DNA of 64,000 bases from Antedon mediterranea (Eukaryota; Animalia; Echinodermata), in contig NC_092671.1 of NCBI RefSeq assembly GCF_964355755.1, positions 21,469,317-21,533,316 on the forward strand. The letters run 5' to 3'. Positions 10,201 through 22,906 of this stretch are shown in pieces. Within the stretch, counting starts at the first letter, position 1. Every line of letters begins with the position of its first letter. The notes beneath the pieces were generated by a model that searched no databases, was not told where the DNA came from, and saw only the letters and a program-made list of their open reading frames with translations. Position numbers and translations under genes: made by a program.

Positions 10201-13200
10201 AACTTGGTTACGGAAAAACATCAAAGTGCTTAAAATCACATTATAAACCGTTTTAGACCATTTTGAGCATTTCGATAACACATTTCACACAAAAACATCA
10301 AAGAGCACAAAATAGCTTAATATCGTATTTAAAAACGTTTTAAACCATTTTGAGCATTTCGACAAAACTTTTTCACACAAAACACCAAAGTGTTTAGAAA
10401 AGCTTCAAATCGCATTTGGAGACGTTTTAGACCATTTTGGGATTTTCGAAAAAACTTGTTAACATAAAAACACCAAAGTGCTTAGAATACCTTCAAATCG
10501 CATTTGGAGACGTTTTAGACCATTTTGTAATTTTCGAAAAAACTTGTTAACATAAAAACACCAAAGTGCTAAGAATAGCTTCAAATCGCATTTGGAGACG
10601 TTTTAGACCAATTTGTGATTTTCGAAAAAACTTGGTTACACAAAAACATCAAAGTGCTTAAAATCACATTATAAAACCGTTTTAGACCATTTTGAGCATT
10701 TCGATAACACTTTTCACACAAAAACATCAAAGAGCATAAAATAGGTTAATATCGTATTTAAAAACGTTTTAGACCATTTTGAGCATTTCGACAAAACTTT
10801 TTCACACAAAACACCAAAGTGTACAGAATAGCTTAATATCGTATTTAAAAACGTTTTAGACCATTTTGTGATTTTCGAAAAAACTTGTTAACATAAAAAC
10901 ACCAAAATGTTTAGAATAGCTTCAAATTGCATTTGGAGACGTTTTAGACCATTTTGTGATTTTCGAAAAAACTTGTTAACACAAAAACACCAAAGTGATT
11001 AGAATAGCTTCAAATCGCATTTGGAGACGTTTTAGACCATTTTGTGATTTTCGAAAAAACTTGTTAACATAAAAACACCAAAGTGATTAGAATAGCTTCA
11101 AATCGCATTTGGAGACGTTTTAGACCATTTTGTGCATTTCGATGAAACTTGGTTACGCAAAAACATCAATGTGCTTAAAATCACATTATAAACCGTTTTA
11201 GACCATTTTGAGCATATCCATAAAACTTTTTACACAAAACACCAAAGTGCTTAGAATAGCTTCAAATCGCATTTGGAGACGTTTTAGACCATTTTGTGAT
11301 TTTCGACAAAACTTTTTCACACAAAACACCAAAGTGCTTAGAATACCTTCAAATCGCATTTGGAGACGTTTTAGACCATTTTGTGATTTTCGAAAAAACT
11401 TGTTAACATAAAAACATCAAAGTGTACAGAATAGCTTCAAATCGCATTTGGAGACGTTTTAGACCATTTTGTGATTTTCGAAAAAACTTGTTAACATAAG
11501 AACACCAAAGTGCTTAGAATAGCTTCAAATCGCATTAGGAGACGTTTTAGACCATTTTGTGATTTTCGAAAAAACTTGTTAACATAAAAACACCAAAGTG
11601 CTTAGAATAGCTTCAAATCGCATTTGGAGACGTTTTAGACCATTTTGTGATTTTCGAAAAAACTTGTTAACATAAAAACACCAAAATGTTTAGAATAGCT
11701 TCAAATCGCATTTGGAGACGTTTTAGACCATTTTGTGATTTTCGAAAAAACTTGTTAACACAAAAACACCAAAGTGATTAGAATAGCTTCAAATCGCATT
11801 TGGAGACGTTTTAGACCATTTTGTGCATTTCGATGAAACTTGGTTACGCAAAAACATCAAAGTGCTTAAAATCACATTATAAACCGTTTTAGACCATTTT
11901 TAGCATATCGATAACACTTTTCACACAAAAACATCAAAGAGCACAATATAGCTTAATATCGTATTTAAAAACGTTTTAGACCATTTTGAGCATTTCGACA
12001 AAACTTTTTCACACAAAACACCAAAGTGCTTAGAATAGCTTCAAATCGCATTTGGAGACGTTTTAGACCATTTTGTGATTTTCGAAAAAACTTGTTAACA
12101 TAAAAACATCAAAGGGCTAAGAATAGCTTCAAATCGCATTTGGAGACATTTTAGACCAATTAGTGATTTTCGAAAAAACTTGGTTACACAAAAACATCAA
12201 AGTGGTTAAAATCACATTATAAACCGTTTTAGACCATTTTGAGCATTTCGATAACACTTTTTACACAAAAACATCAAAGTGCTTAGAATAGCTTCAAATC
12301 GCATTTGGAGACGTTTTAGACCATTTTGTGATTTTCGAAAAAAACTTTTTAACATAAAAACACCAAACTGCTAAGAATAGCTTCAAATCGCATATGGAGA
12401 CAATTTAGACCATTTTGTGATTTTCGAAAAAACTTGTTAACATAAAAACACCAAAGTGCTTAGCATACCTTCAAATCGCATTTGGAGACATTTTAGACCA
12501 TTTTGTGATTTTCGAAAAAACTTGTTAACATAAAAACATCAAAGTGCTAAGAATAGCTTCCAATCGCATTTGGAGACGTTTTAGACCATTTTGTGATTTT
12601 CGAAAACAACTTGTTAACATAAAAACACCAAAGTGCTTAGAATAGCTTCAAATCGCATTTGGAGACGTTTTAGACCAATTTGTGATTTTCGAAAAAACTT
12701 GGTTACACAAAAACATCAAAGTGGATAAAATCACATTATAAACCGTTTTAGACCATTTTGAGCATATCGATAACACTTTTCACACAAAAACATCAAAGAC
12801 CACAATATAGCTTAATATCGTATTTAAAAACGTTTTAGACCATTTTGAGCATTTCGACAAAACTTTTTCACACAAAACACCAAAGTGCTTAGAATAGCTT
12901 CAAATCGCATTTGGAGACGTTTTAGACCATTTTGTGATTTTCGAAAAAACTTGTTAACATAAAAACATCAAAGTGCTAAGAATAGCTTCAAATCGAATTT
13001 GGAGACATTTTAGACCAATTAGTGATTTTCGAAAAAACTTGGTTACACAAAAACATCAAAGTGGTTAAAATCACATTATAAACCGTTTTAGACCATTTTG
13101 AGCATTTCGATAACACTTTTCACACAAAAACATCAAAGTGCTTAGAATAGCTTCAAATCGCATTTGGAGACGTTTTAGACCATTTTGTGATTTTCGAAAA

Positions 13201-14532
13201 AAACTTTTTAACATAAAAACACCAAACTGCTAAGAATAGCTTCAAATCGCATATGGAGACAATTTAGACCATTTTGTGATTTTCGAAAAAACTTGTTAAC
13301 ATAAAAACACCAAAGTGCTTAGAATACCTTCAAATCGCATTTGGAGACATTTTAGACCATTTTGTGATTTTCGAAAAAACTTGTTAACATAAAAACATCA
13401 AAGTGCTAAGAATAGCTTCCAATCGCATTTGGAGACGTTTTAGACTATTTTGTGATTTTCGAAAACAACTTGTTAACATAAAAACACCAAAGTGCTTAGA
13501 ATAGCTTCAAATCGCATTTGGAGACGTTTTAGACCAATTTGTGATTTTCGAAAAAACTTGGTTACACAAAAACATCAAAGTGGATAAAATCACATTATAA
13601 ACCGTTTTAGACCATTTTGAGCATTTCGATAACACATATCACACAAAAACATCAAAGAGCACAAAATAGCTTAATATCGTATTTAAAAACGTTTTAAACC
13701 ATTTTGAGCATTTCGACAAAACTTTTTCACACAAAACACCAAAGTGTACAGAATAGCTTCAAATCGCATTTGGAGACGTTTTAGACCATTTTGTGATTTT
13801 CGAAAAAACTTGTTAATATAAAAACACCAAAGTACTTAGAATAGCTTCAAATCGCATTTGGAGACGTTGTAGACCATTTTGTGATTTTCGAAAAAACTTG
13901 TTAACATAAAAACACCAAAGTTTACAGAATAGCTTCAAATCGCATTTGGAGACGTTTTAGACAATTTTGTGCATTTCGATGAAACTTGGTTACACAAAAA
14001 CATCAAAGTGCTTAAAATCACATTATAAACCGTTTTAGACCATTTGAGCATTTCCATAACACTTTTCACACAAAAACATCAAAGGGCACAATATAGCTTA
14101 ATATCCTATTTAAAAACGTTTTAGACCATTTTGAGCATTTCGACAAAACTTTTTCACACAAAACACCAAAGTGCTTAGAATACCTTCAAATCGCATTTGG
14201 AGACGTTTTAGACCATTTTGTGATTTTCGAAAAAACTTAACATAAAAACATCAAAGTTTACAGAATAGCTTCAAATCGCATTTGGAGACGTTTTAAACCA
14301 TTTTGTGATTTTCGAAAAAACTTGTTAACATAAAAACACCAAAATGTTTAGAATAGCTTCAAATCGCATTTGGAGACGTTTTAGACCATTTTGTGATTTT
14401 CGAAAAAACTTGTTAACACAAAAACACCAAAGTGATTAGAATAGCTTCAAATCGCATTTGGAGACGTTTTAGACCATTTTGTGATTTTCGAAAAAACTTG
14501 TTAACATAAAAACACCAAAGTGATTAGAATAG

Positions 14533-15073
14533 CTTCAAATCGCATTTGGAGACGTTTTAGACCATTTTGTGCATTTCGATGAAACTTGGTTACGCAAAAA
14601 CATCAAAGTGCTTAAAATCACATTATAATCCGTTTTAGACCATTTTGAGCATATCGATAACACTTTTTACACAAAACGCTAAAGTGCTTAGAATAGCTTC
14701 AAATCGCATTTGGAGACGTTTTAGACCATTTTGTGATTTTCGACAAAACTTTTTCACACAAAACACCAAAGTGCTTAGAATACCTTCAAATCGCATTTGG
14801 AGACGTTTTAGACCATTTTGTGCATTTCGATGAAACTTGGTTACGCAAAAACATCAAAGTGCTTAAAATCACATTATAAACCGTTTTAGACCATTTTGAG
14901 CATATCGATAACACTTTTTACACAAAACGCTAAAGTGCTTAGAATAGCTTCAAATCGCATTTGGAGACGTTTTAGACCATTTTGTGATTTTCGACAAAAC
15001 TTTTTCACACAAAACACCAAAGTGCTTAGAATACCTTCAAATCGCATTTGGAGACGTTTTAGACCATTTTGTG
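14533..15073 (+). repeat. 251-bp (3-monomer) tandem duplication inside HOR copy 1
   Basis: The ORF-track pair 14645/14896 is offset by 251 = 78+86+87. Both halves carry the rare ACGCTAAAG allele. Confidence 0.85.
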
Positions 15074-18000
15074 ATTTTCGAAAAAACTTGTTAACATAAA
15101 AACATCAAAGTGTACAGAATAGCTTCAAATCGCATTTGGAGACGTTTTAGACCATTTTGTGATTTTCGAAAAAACTTGTTAACATAAAAACACCAAAGTG
15201 CTTAGAATAGCTTCAAATCGCATTAGGAGACGTTTTAGACCATTTTGTGATTTTCGAAAAAACTTGTTAACATAAAAACACCAAAGTGCTTAGAATAGCT
15301 TCAAATCGCATTTGGAGACGTTTTAGACCATTTTGTGATTTTCGAAAAAACTTGTTAACATAAAAACACCAAAGTTCTTAAAATAGCTTCAAATCGCATT
15401 TGGAGACGTTTTAGACCATTTTGTGATTTTCGAAAAAACTTGTTAACATAAAAACACCAAAGTGTTTAGAAAAGCTTCAAATCGCATTTGGAGACGTTTT
15501 AGACCATTTTGGGATTTTTGAAAAAACTTGTTAACATAAAAACACCAAAGTGCTTAGAATAGCTTCAAATCGCATTTGGAGACGTTTTAGACCATTTTGT
15601 AATTTTCAAAAAAACTTGTTAACATAAAAACACCAAAGTTCTTAGAATAGCTTCAAATCGCATTTGGAGACGTTTTAGACCATTTTGTGCATTTCGATGA
15701 AACTTGGTTACACAAAAACATCAAAGTGCTTAAAATCACGTTATAAACCGTTTTAGACCATTTGAGCATTTCGATAACACTTTTCACACAAAAACATCAA
15801 AGGGCACAATATAGCTTAATATCCTATTTAAAAACGTTTTAGACCATTTTGAGCATTTCGACAAAACTTTTTCACACAAAACACCAAAGTGCTTAGAATA
15901 CCTTCAAATCGCATTTGGAGACGTTTTAGACAATTTTGTGATTTTCGAAAAAACTTAACATAAAAACATCAAAGTTTACAGAATAGCTTCAAATCGCATT
16001 TGGAGACGTTTTAGACCATTTTGTGATTTTCGAAAAAACTTGTTAACATAAAAACACCAAAGTGCTTAGAATAGCTTCAAATCGCATTTGGAGACGTTTT
16101 AAACCATTTTGTGATTTTCGAAAAAACTTGTTAACATAAAAACACCAAAATGTTTAGAATAGCTTCAAATCGCATTTGGAGACGTTTTAGACCATTTTGT
16201 GATTTTCGAAAAAACTTGTTAACACAAAAACACCAAAGTGATTAGAATAGCTTCAAATCGCATTTGGAGACGTTTTAGACCATTTTGTGATTTTCGAAAA
16301 AACTTGTTAACATAAAAACACCAAAGTGATTAGAATAGCTTCAAATCGCATTTGGAGACGTTTTAGACCATTTTGTGCATTTCGAGGAAACTTGGTTACG
16401 CAAAAACATCAAAGTGCTTAAAATCACATTATAAACCGTTTTAGACCATTTTGAGCATATCGATAACACTTTTTACACAAAACACCAAAGTGCTTAGAAT
16501 AGCTTCAAATCGCATTTGGAGACGTTTTAGACCATTTTGTGATTTTCGACAAAACTTTTTCACACAAAACACCAAAATGCTTAGAATACCTTCAAATCGC
16601 ATTTGGAGAGGTTTTAGACCATTTTGTGATTTTCGAAAAAACTTGTTAACATAAAAACATCAAAGTGTACAGAATAGCTTCAAATCGCATTTGGAGACGT
16701 TTTAGACCATTTTGTGATTTTCGAAAAAACTTGTTAACATAAAAACACCAAAGTGCTTAGAATAGCTTCAAATCGCATTAGGAGACGTTTTAGACCATTT
16801 TGTGATTTTCGAAAAACTTGTTAACATAAAAACACCAAAGTGCTTAGAATAGCTTCAAATCGCATTTGGAGACGTTTTAGACCATTTTGTGATTTTCGAA
16901 AAAACTTGTTAACATAAAAACACCAAAATGTTTAGAATAGCTTCAAATCGCATTTGGAGACGTTTTAGACCATTTTGTGATTTTCGAAAAAACTTGTTAA
17001 CACAAAAACACCAAAGTGATTAGAATAGCTTCAAATCGCATTTGGAGACGTTTTAGACCATTTTGTGCATTTCGATGAAACTTGGTTACGCAAAAACATC
17101 AAAGTGCTTAAAATCACATTATAAACCGTTTTAGACCATTTTGAGCATATCGATAACACTTTTCACACAAAAACATCAAAGAGCACAATATAGCTTAATA
17201 TCGTATTTAAAAACGTTTTAGACCATTTTGAGCATTTCGACAAAACTTTTTCACACAAAACACCAAAGTGCTTAGAATAGCTTCAAATCGCATTTGGAGA
17301 CGTTTTAGACCATTTTGTGATTTTCGAAAAAACTTGTTAACATAAAAACATCAAAGGGCTAAGAATAGCTTCAAATCGCATTTGGAGACATTTTAGACCA
17401 ATTAGTGATTTTCGAAAAAACTTGGTTACACAAAAACATCAAAGTGGTTAAAATCACATTATAAACCGTTTTAGACCATTTTGAGCATTTCGATAACACT
17501 TTTTACACAAAAACATCAAAGTGCTTAGAATAGCTTCAAATCGCATTTGGAGACGTTTTAGACCATTTTGTGATTTTTGAAAAAAACTTTTTAACATAAA
17601 AACACCAAACTGCTAAGAATAGCTTCAAATCGCATATGGAGACAATTTAGACCATTTTGTGATTTTCGAAAAAACTTGTTAACATAAAAACACCAAAGTG
17701 CTTAGAATACCTTCAAATCGCATTTGGAGACGTTTTAGACCATTTTGTGATTTTCCAAAAAACTTGTTAACATAAAAACATCAAAGTGTACAGAATAGCT
17801 TCAAATCGCATTTGGAGACGTTTTAGACCATTTTGTGATTTTCGAAAAAACTTGTTAACATAAAAACACCAAAGTGCTTAGAATAGCTTCAAATCGCATT
17901 AGGAGACGTTTTAGACCATTTTGTGATTTTCGAAAAAACTTGTTAACATAAAAACACCAAAGTGCTTAGAATAGCTTCAAATCGCATTTGGAGACGTTTT

Positions 18001-21000
18001 AGACCATTTTGTGATTTTCGAAAAAACTTGTTAACATAAAAACACCAAAATGTTTAGAATAGCTTCAAATCACATTTGGAGACGTTTTAGACCATTTTGT
18101 GATTTTCGAAAAAACTTGTTAACACAAAAACACCAAAGTGATTAGAATAGCTTCAAATCGCATTTGGAGACGTTTTAGACCAATTTGTGCATTTCGATGA
18201 AACTTGGTTACGCAAAAACATCAAAGTGCTTAAAATCACATTATAAACCGTTTTAGACCATTTTGAGCATATCGATAACACTTTTCACACAAAAACATCA
18301 AAGAGCACAATATAGCTTAATATCTTATTTAAAAACGTTTTAGACCATTTTGAGCATTTCGACAAAACTTTTTCACACAAAACACCAAAGTGCTTAGAAT
18401 AGCTTCAAATCGCATTTGGAGACGTTTTAGACCATTTTGTGATTTTCGAAAAAACTTGTTAACATAAAAACATCAAAGTGCTAAGAATAGCTTCAAATCG
18501 CATTTGGAGACATTTTAGACCAATTAGTGATTTTCGAAAAAACTTGGTTACATAAAAACATCAAAGTGGTTAAAATCACATTATAAACCGTTTTAGACCA
18601 TTTTGAGCATTTCGATAACACTTTTCACACAAAAACATCAAAGTGCTTAGAATAGCTTCAAATCGCATTTGGAGACGTTTTAGACCATTTTGTGATTTTC
18701 GAAAAAAACTTTTTAACATAAAAACACCAAACTTCTAAGAATAGCTTCAAATCGCATATGGAGACAATTTAGACCATTTTGTGATTTTCGAAAAAACTTG
18801 TTAACATAAAAACACCAAAGTGCTAAGAATAGCTTCAAATCGCATATGGAGACAATTTAGACCATTTTGTGATTTTCGAAAAAACTTGTTAACATAAAAA
18901 CACCAAAGTGCTTAGAATACCTTCAAATCGCATTTGGAGACGTTTAAGACCATTTTGTGATTTTCGAAAAAACTTGTTAACATAAAAACACCAAAGTGCT
19001 TAGAATAGCTTCAAATCGCATTTGGAGACGTTTTAGACCAATTTGTGATTTTCGAAAAAACTTGGTTACACAAAAACATCAAAGTGGATAAAAGCACATT
19101 ATAAACCGTTTTAGACCATTTTGAGCATTTCGATAACACATTTCACACAAAAACATCAAAGAGCACAAAATAGCTTAATATCGTATTTAAAAACGTTTTA
19201 AACCATTTTGAGCATTTCGACAAAACTTTTTCACACAAAACACCAAAGTGTTTAGAAAAGCTTCAAATCGCATTTGGAGACGTTTTAGACCATTTTGTGA
19301 TTTTCGAAAAAACTTGTTAACACAAAAACACCAAAGTGATTAGAATAGCTTCAAATCGCATTTGGAGACGTTTTAGACCATTTTGTGATTTTCGAAAAAA
19401 CTTGTTAACATAAAAACACCAAAGTGATTAGAATAGCTTCAAATCGCATTTGGAGACGTTTTAGACCATTTTGTGCATTTCGATGAAACTTGGTTACGCA
19501 AAAACATCAAAGTAATAATCACATTATAAACAGTTTTAGACCATTTTGAGCATATCGATAAAACTTTTTACACAAAACACCAAAGTGCTTAGAATAGCTT
19601 CAAATCGCATTTGGAGACGTTTTAGACCATTTTGTGATTTTCGACAAAACTTTTTCACACAAAACACCAAAGTGCTTAGAATACCTTCAAATCGCATTTG
19701 GAGACGTTTTAGACCATTTTGTGATTTTCGAAAAAACTTGTTAACATAAAAACATCAAAGTGTACAGATTAGCTTCAAATCGCATTTGGAGACGTTTTAG
19801 ACCATTTTGTGATTTTCGAAAAAACTTGTTAACATAAAAACACCAAAGTGCTTAGAATAGCTTCAAATCGCATTAGGAGACGTTTTAGACCATTTTGTTA
19901 TTTTCGAATAAACTTGTTAACATAAAAACACCAAAATGTTTAGAATAGCTTCAAATCGCATTTGGAGACGTTTTAGACCATTTTGTGATTTTCGAAAAAA
20001 CTTGTTAACATAAAAACACCAAAGTGCTTAGAATACCTTCAAATCGCATTTGGAGACGTTTTAGACCATTTTGTGATTTTCCAAAAAACTTGTTAACATA
20101 AAAACATCAAAGTGTACAGAATAGCTTCAAATCGCATTTGGAGACGTTTTAGACCATTTTGTGATTTTCGAAAAAACTTGTTAACATAAAAACACCAAAG
20201 TGCTTAGAATAGCTTCAAATCGCATTAGGAGACGTTTTAGACCATTTTGTGATTTTCGAAAAAACTTGTTAACATAAAAACACCAAAGTGCTTAGAATAG
20301 CTTCAAATCGCATTTGGAGACGTTTTAGACCATTTTGTGATTTTCGAAAAAACTTGTTAACATAAAAACACCAAAATGTTTAGAATAGCTTCAAATCACA
20401 TTTGGAGACGTTTTAGACCATTTTGTGATTTTCGAAAAAACTTGTTAACACAAAAACACCAAAGTGATTAGAATAGCTTCAAATCGCATTTGGAGACGTT
20501 TTAGACCAATTTGTGCATTTCGATGAAACTTGGTTACGCAAAAACATCAAAGTGCTTAAAATCACATTATAAACCGTTTTAGACCATTTTGAGCATATCG
20601 ATAACACTTTTCACACAAAAACATCAAAGAGCACAATATAGCTTAATATCTTATTTAAAAACGTTTTAGACCATTTTGAGCATTTCGACAAAACTTTTTC
20701 ACACAAAACACCAAAGTGCTTAGAATAGCTTCAAATCGCATTTGGAGACGTTTTAGACCATTTTGTGATTTTCGAAAAAACTTTTTAACATAAAAACACC
20801 AAACTGCTAAGAATAGCTTCAAATCGCATATGGAGACAATTTAGACCATTTTGTGATTTTCGAAAAAACTTGTTAACATAAAAACACCAAAGTGCTTAGA
20901 ATACCTTCAAATCGCATTTGGAGACATTTTAGACCATTTTGTGATTTTCGAAAAAACTTGTTAACATAAAAACATCAAAGTGCTAAGAATAGCTTCCAAT

Positions 21001-22553
21001 CGCATTTGTAGACGTTTTAGACCATTTTGTGATTTTCGAAAACAACTTGTTAACATAAAAACACCAAAGTGCTTAGAATAGCTTCAAATCGCATTTGGAG
21101 ACGTTTTAGACCATTTTGTGATTTTCGAAAAAACTTGTTAACATAAAAACATCAAAGTGCTAAGAATAGCTTCAAATCGAATTTGGAGACATTTTAGACC
21201 AATTAGTGATTTTCGAAAAAACTTGGTTACACAAAAACATCAAAGTGGTTAAAATCACATTATAAACCGTTTTAGACCATTTTGAGCATTTCGATAACAC
21301 TTTTCACACAAAAACATCAAAGTGCTTAGAATAGCTTCAAATCGCATTTGGAGACGTTTTAGACCATTTTGTGATTTTCGAAAAAAACTTTTTAACATAA
21401 AAACACCAAACTGCTAAGAATAGCTTCAAATCGCATATGGAGACAATTTAGACCATTTTGTGATTTTCGAAAAAACTTGTTAACATAAAAACACCAAAGT
21501 GCTTAGAATACCTTCAAATCGCATTTGGAGACATTTTAGACCATTTTGTGATTTTCGAAAAAACTTGTTAACATAAAAACATCAAAGTGCTAAGAATAGC
21601 TTCCAATCGCATTTGGAGACGTTTTAGACCATTTTGTGATTTTCGAAAAAACTTGTTAACATAAAAACACCAAAGTGATTAGAATAGCTTCAAATCGCAT
21701 TTGGAGACGTTTTAGACCATTTTGTGCATTTCGATGAAACTTGGTTACGCAAAAACATCAAAGTGCTTAAAATCACATTATAAACCGTTTTAGACCATTT
21801 TGAGCATATCGATAACACTTTTTACACAAAACACCAAAGTGCTTAGAATAGCTTCAAATCGCATTTGGAGACGTTTTAGACCATTTTGTGATTTTCGACA
21901 AAACTTTTTCACACAAAACACCAAAGTGCTTAGAATACCTTCAAATCGCATTTGGAGACGTTTTAGACCATTTTGTGATTTTCGAAAAAACTTGTTAACA
22001 TAAAAACATCAAAGTGTACAGAATAGCTTCAAATCGCATTTGGAGACGTTTTAGACCATTTTGTGATTTTCGAAAAAACTTGTTAACATAAAAACACCAA
22101 AGTGCTTAGAATAGCTTCAAATCGCATTTGGAGACGTTTTAGACCATTTTGTGATTTTCGAAAAAACTTGTTAACATAAAAACACCAAAGTGCTTAGAAT
22201 AGCTTCAAATCGCATTAGGAGACGTTTTAGACCATTTTGTGATTTTCGAAAAAACTTGTTAACATAAAAACACCAAAGTGCTTAGAATAGCTTCAAATCG
22301 CATTTGGAGACGTTTTAGACCATTTTGTGATTTTCGAAAAAACTTGTTAACATAAAAAAAACAAAGTTCTTAAAATAGCTTCAAATCGCATTTGGAGACG
22401 TTTTAGACCATTTTGTGATTTTCGAAAAAACCTGTTAACATAAAAACACCAAAGTGTTTAGAAAAGCTTCAAATCGCATTTGGAGACGTTTTAGACCATT
22501 TTGGGATTTTCGAAAAAACTTGTTAACATAAAAACACCAAAGTGCTTAGAATA

Positions 22554-22630
22554 TGGCCGAGCGGTTAAGGCAGGGGCGCCGTTTATCGTACCTAAAGAGC
22601 CAACAACAACATCGGCAAGGGTTCGAGGCC
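22554..22630 (+). promoter_or_regulatory. Pol III A box (22554-22564) and B box (22620-22630)
   Basis: Same motifs as copy 1. Confidence 0.85.
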
Positions 22631-22906
22631 GACTCGCTCCTAGTTCTGGTGGTGGAACAAGTCTTCTCGGATAAGGACTATAAACCGTAGGTCCAGTGTA
22701 CACAGTTATAACATGTGTGTACTTTAAAGAACCCAGTTCATTATTCGAAAAAGAGTAGGGGGTTACCCCGGTGAACTGGTTCACACAATAGCCTCTGTAT
22801 CAGGGGGATTACCACCTATCTGATAGGACAGTGATTAATTCACTATTGGTAATCCTTGGCCACAGTGCCTAAAGACATAAAATAAAATAAAAATAAATAA
22901 ATAAAT
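22554..22906 (+). mobile_element. tRNA-derived Deu/Nin-like SINE, copy 2
   Basis: Identical by eye to copy 1, including junctions and tail length; offset +18,717. Confidence 0.92.

Larger units (their letters stand above)
3837..22553 (+). repeat. Higher-order repeat copy 1 (18,717 bp, delimited SINE to SINE)
   Basis: The same ordered series of rare monomer variants and ORF-track landmarks recurs in the next copies, e.g. GGAGAGGTTTT in ORFs 16451/34826/52684 and the ACGCTAAAG doublet at 14645/33020/50878. Confidence 0.95.
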
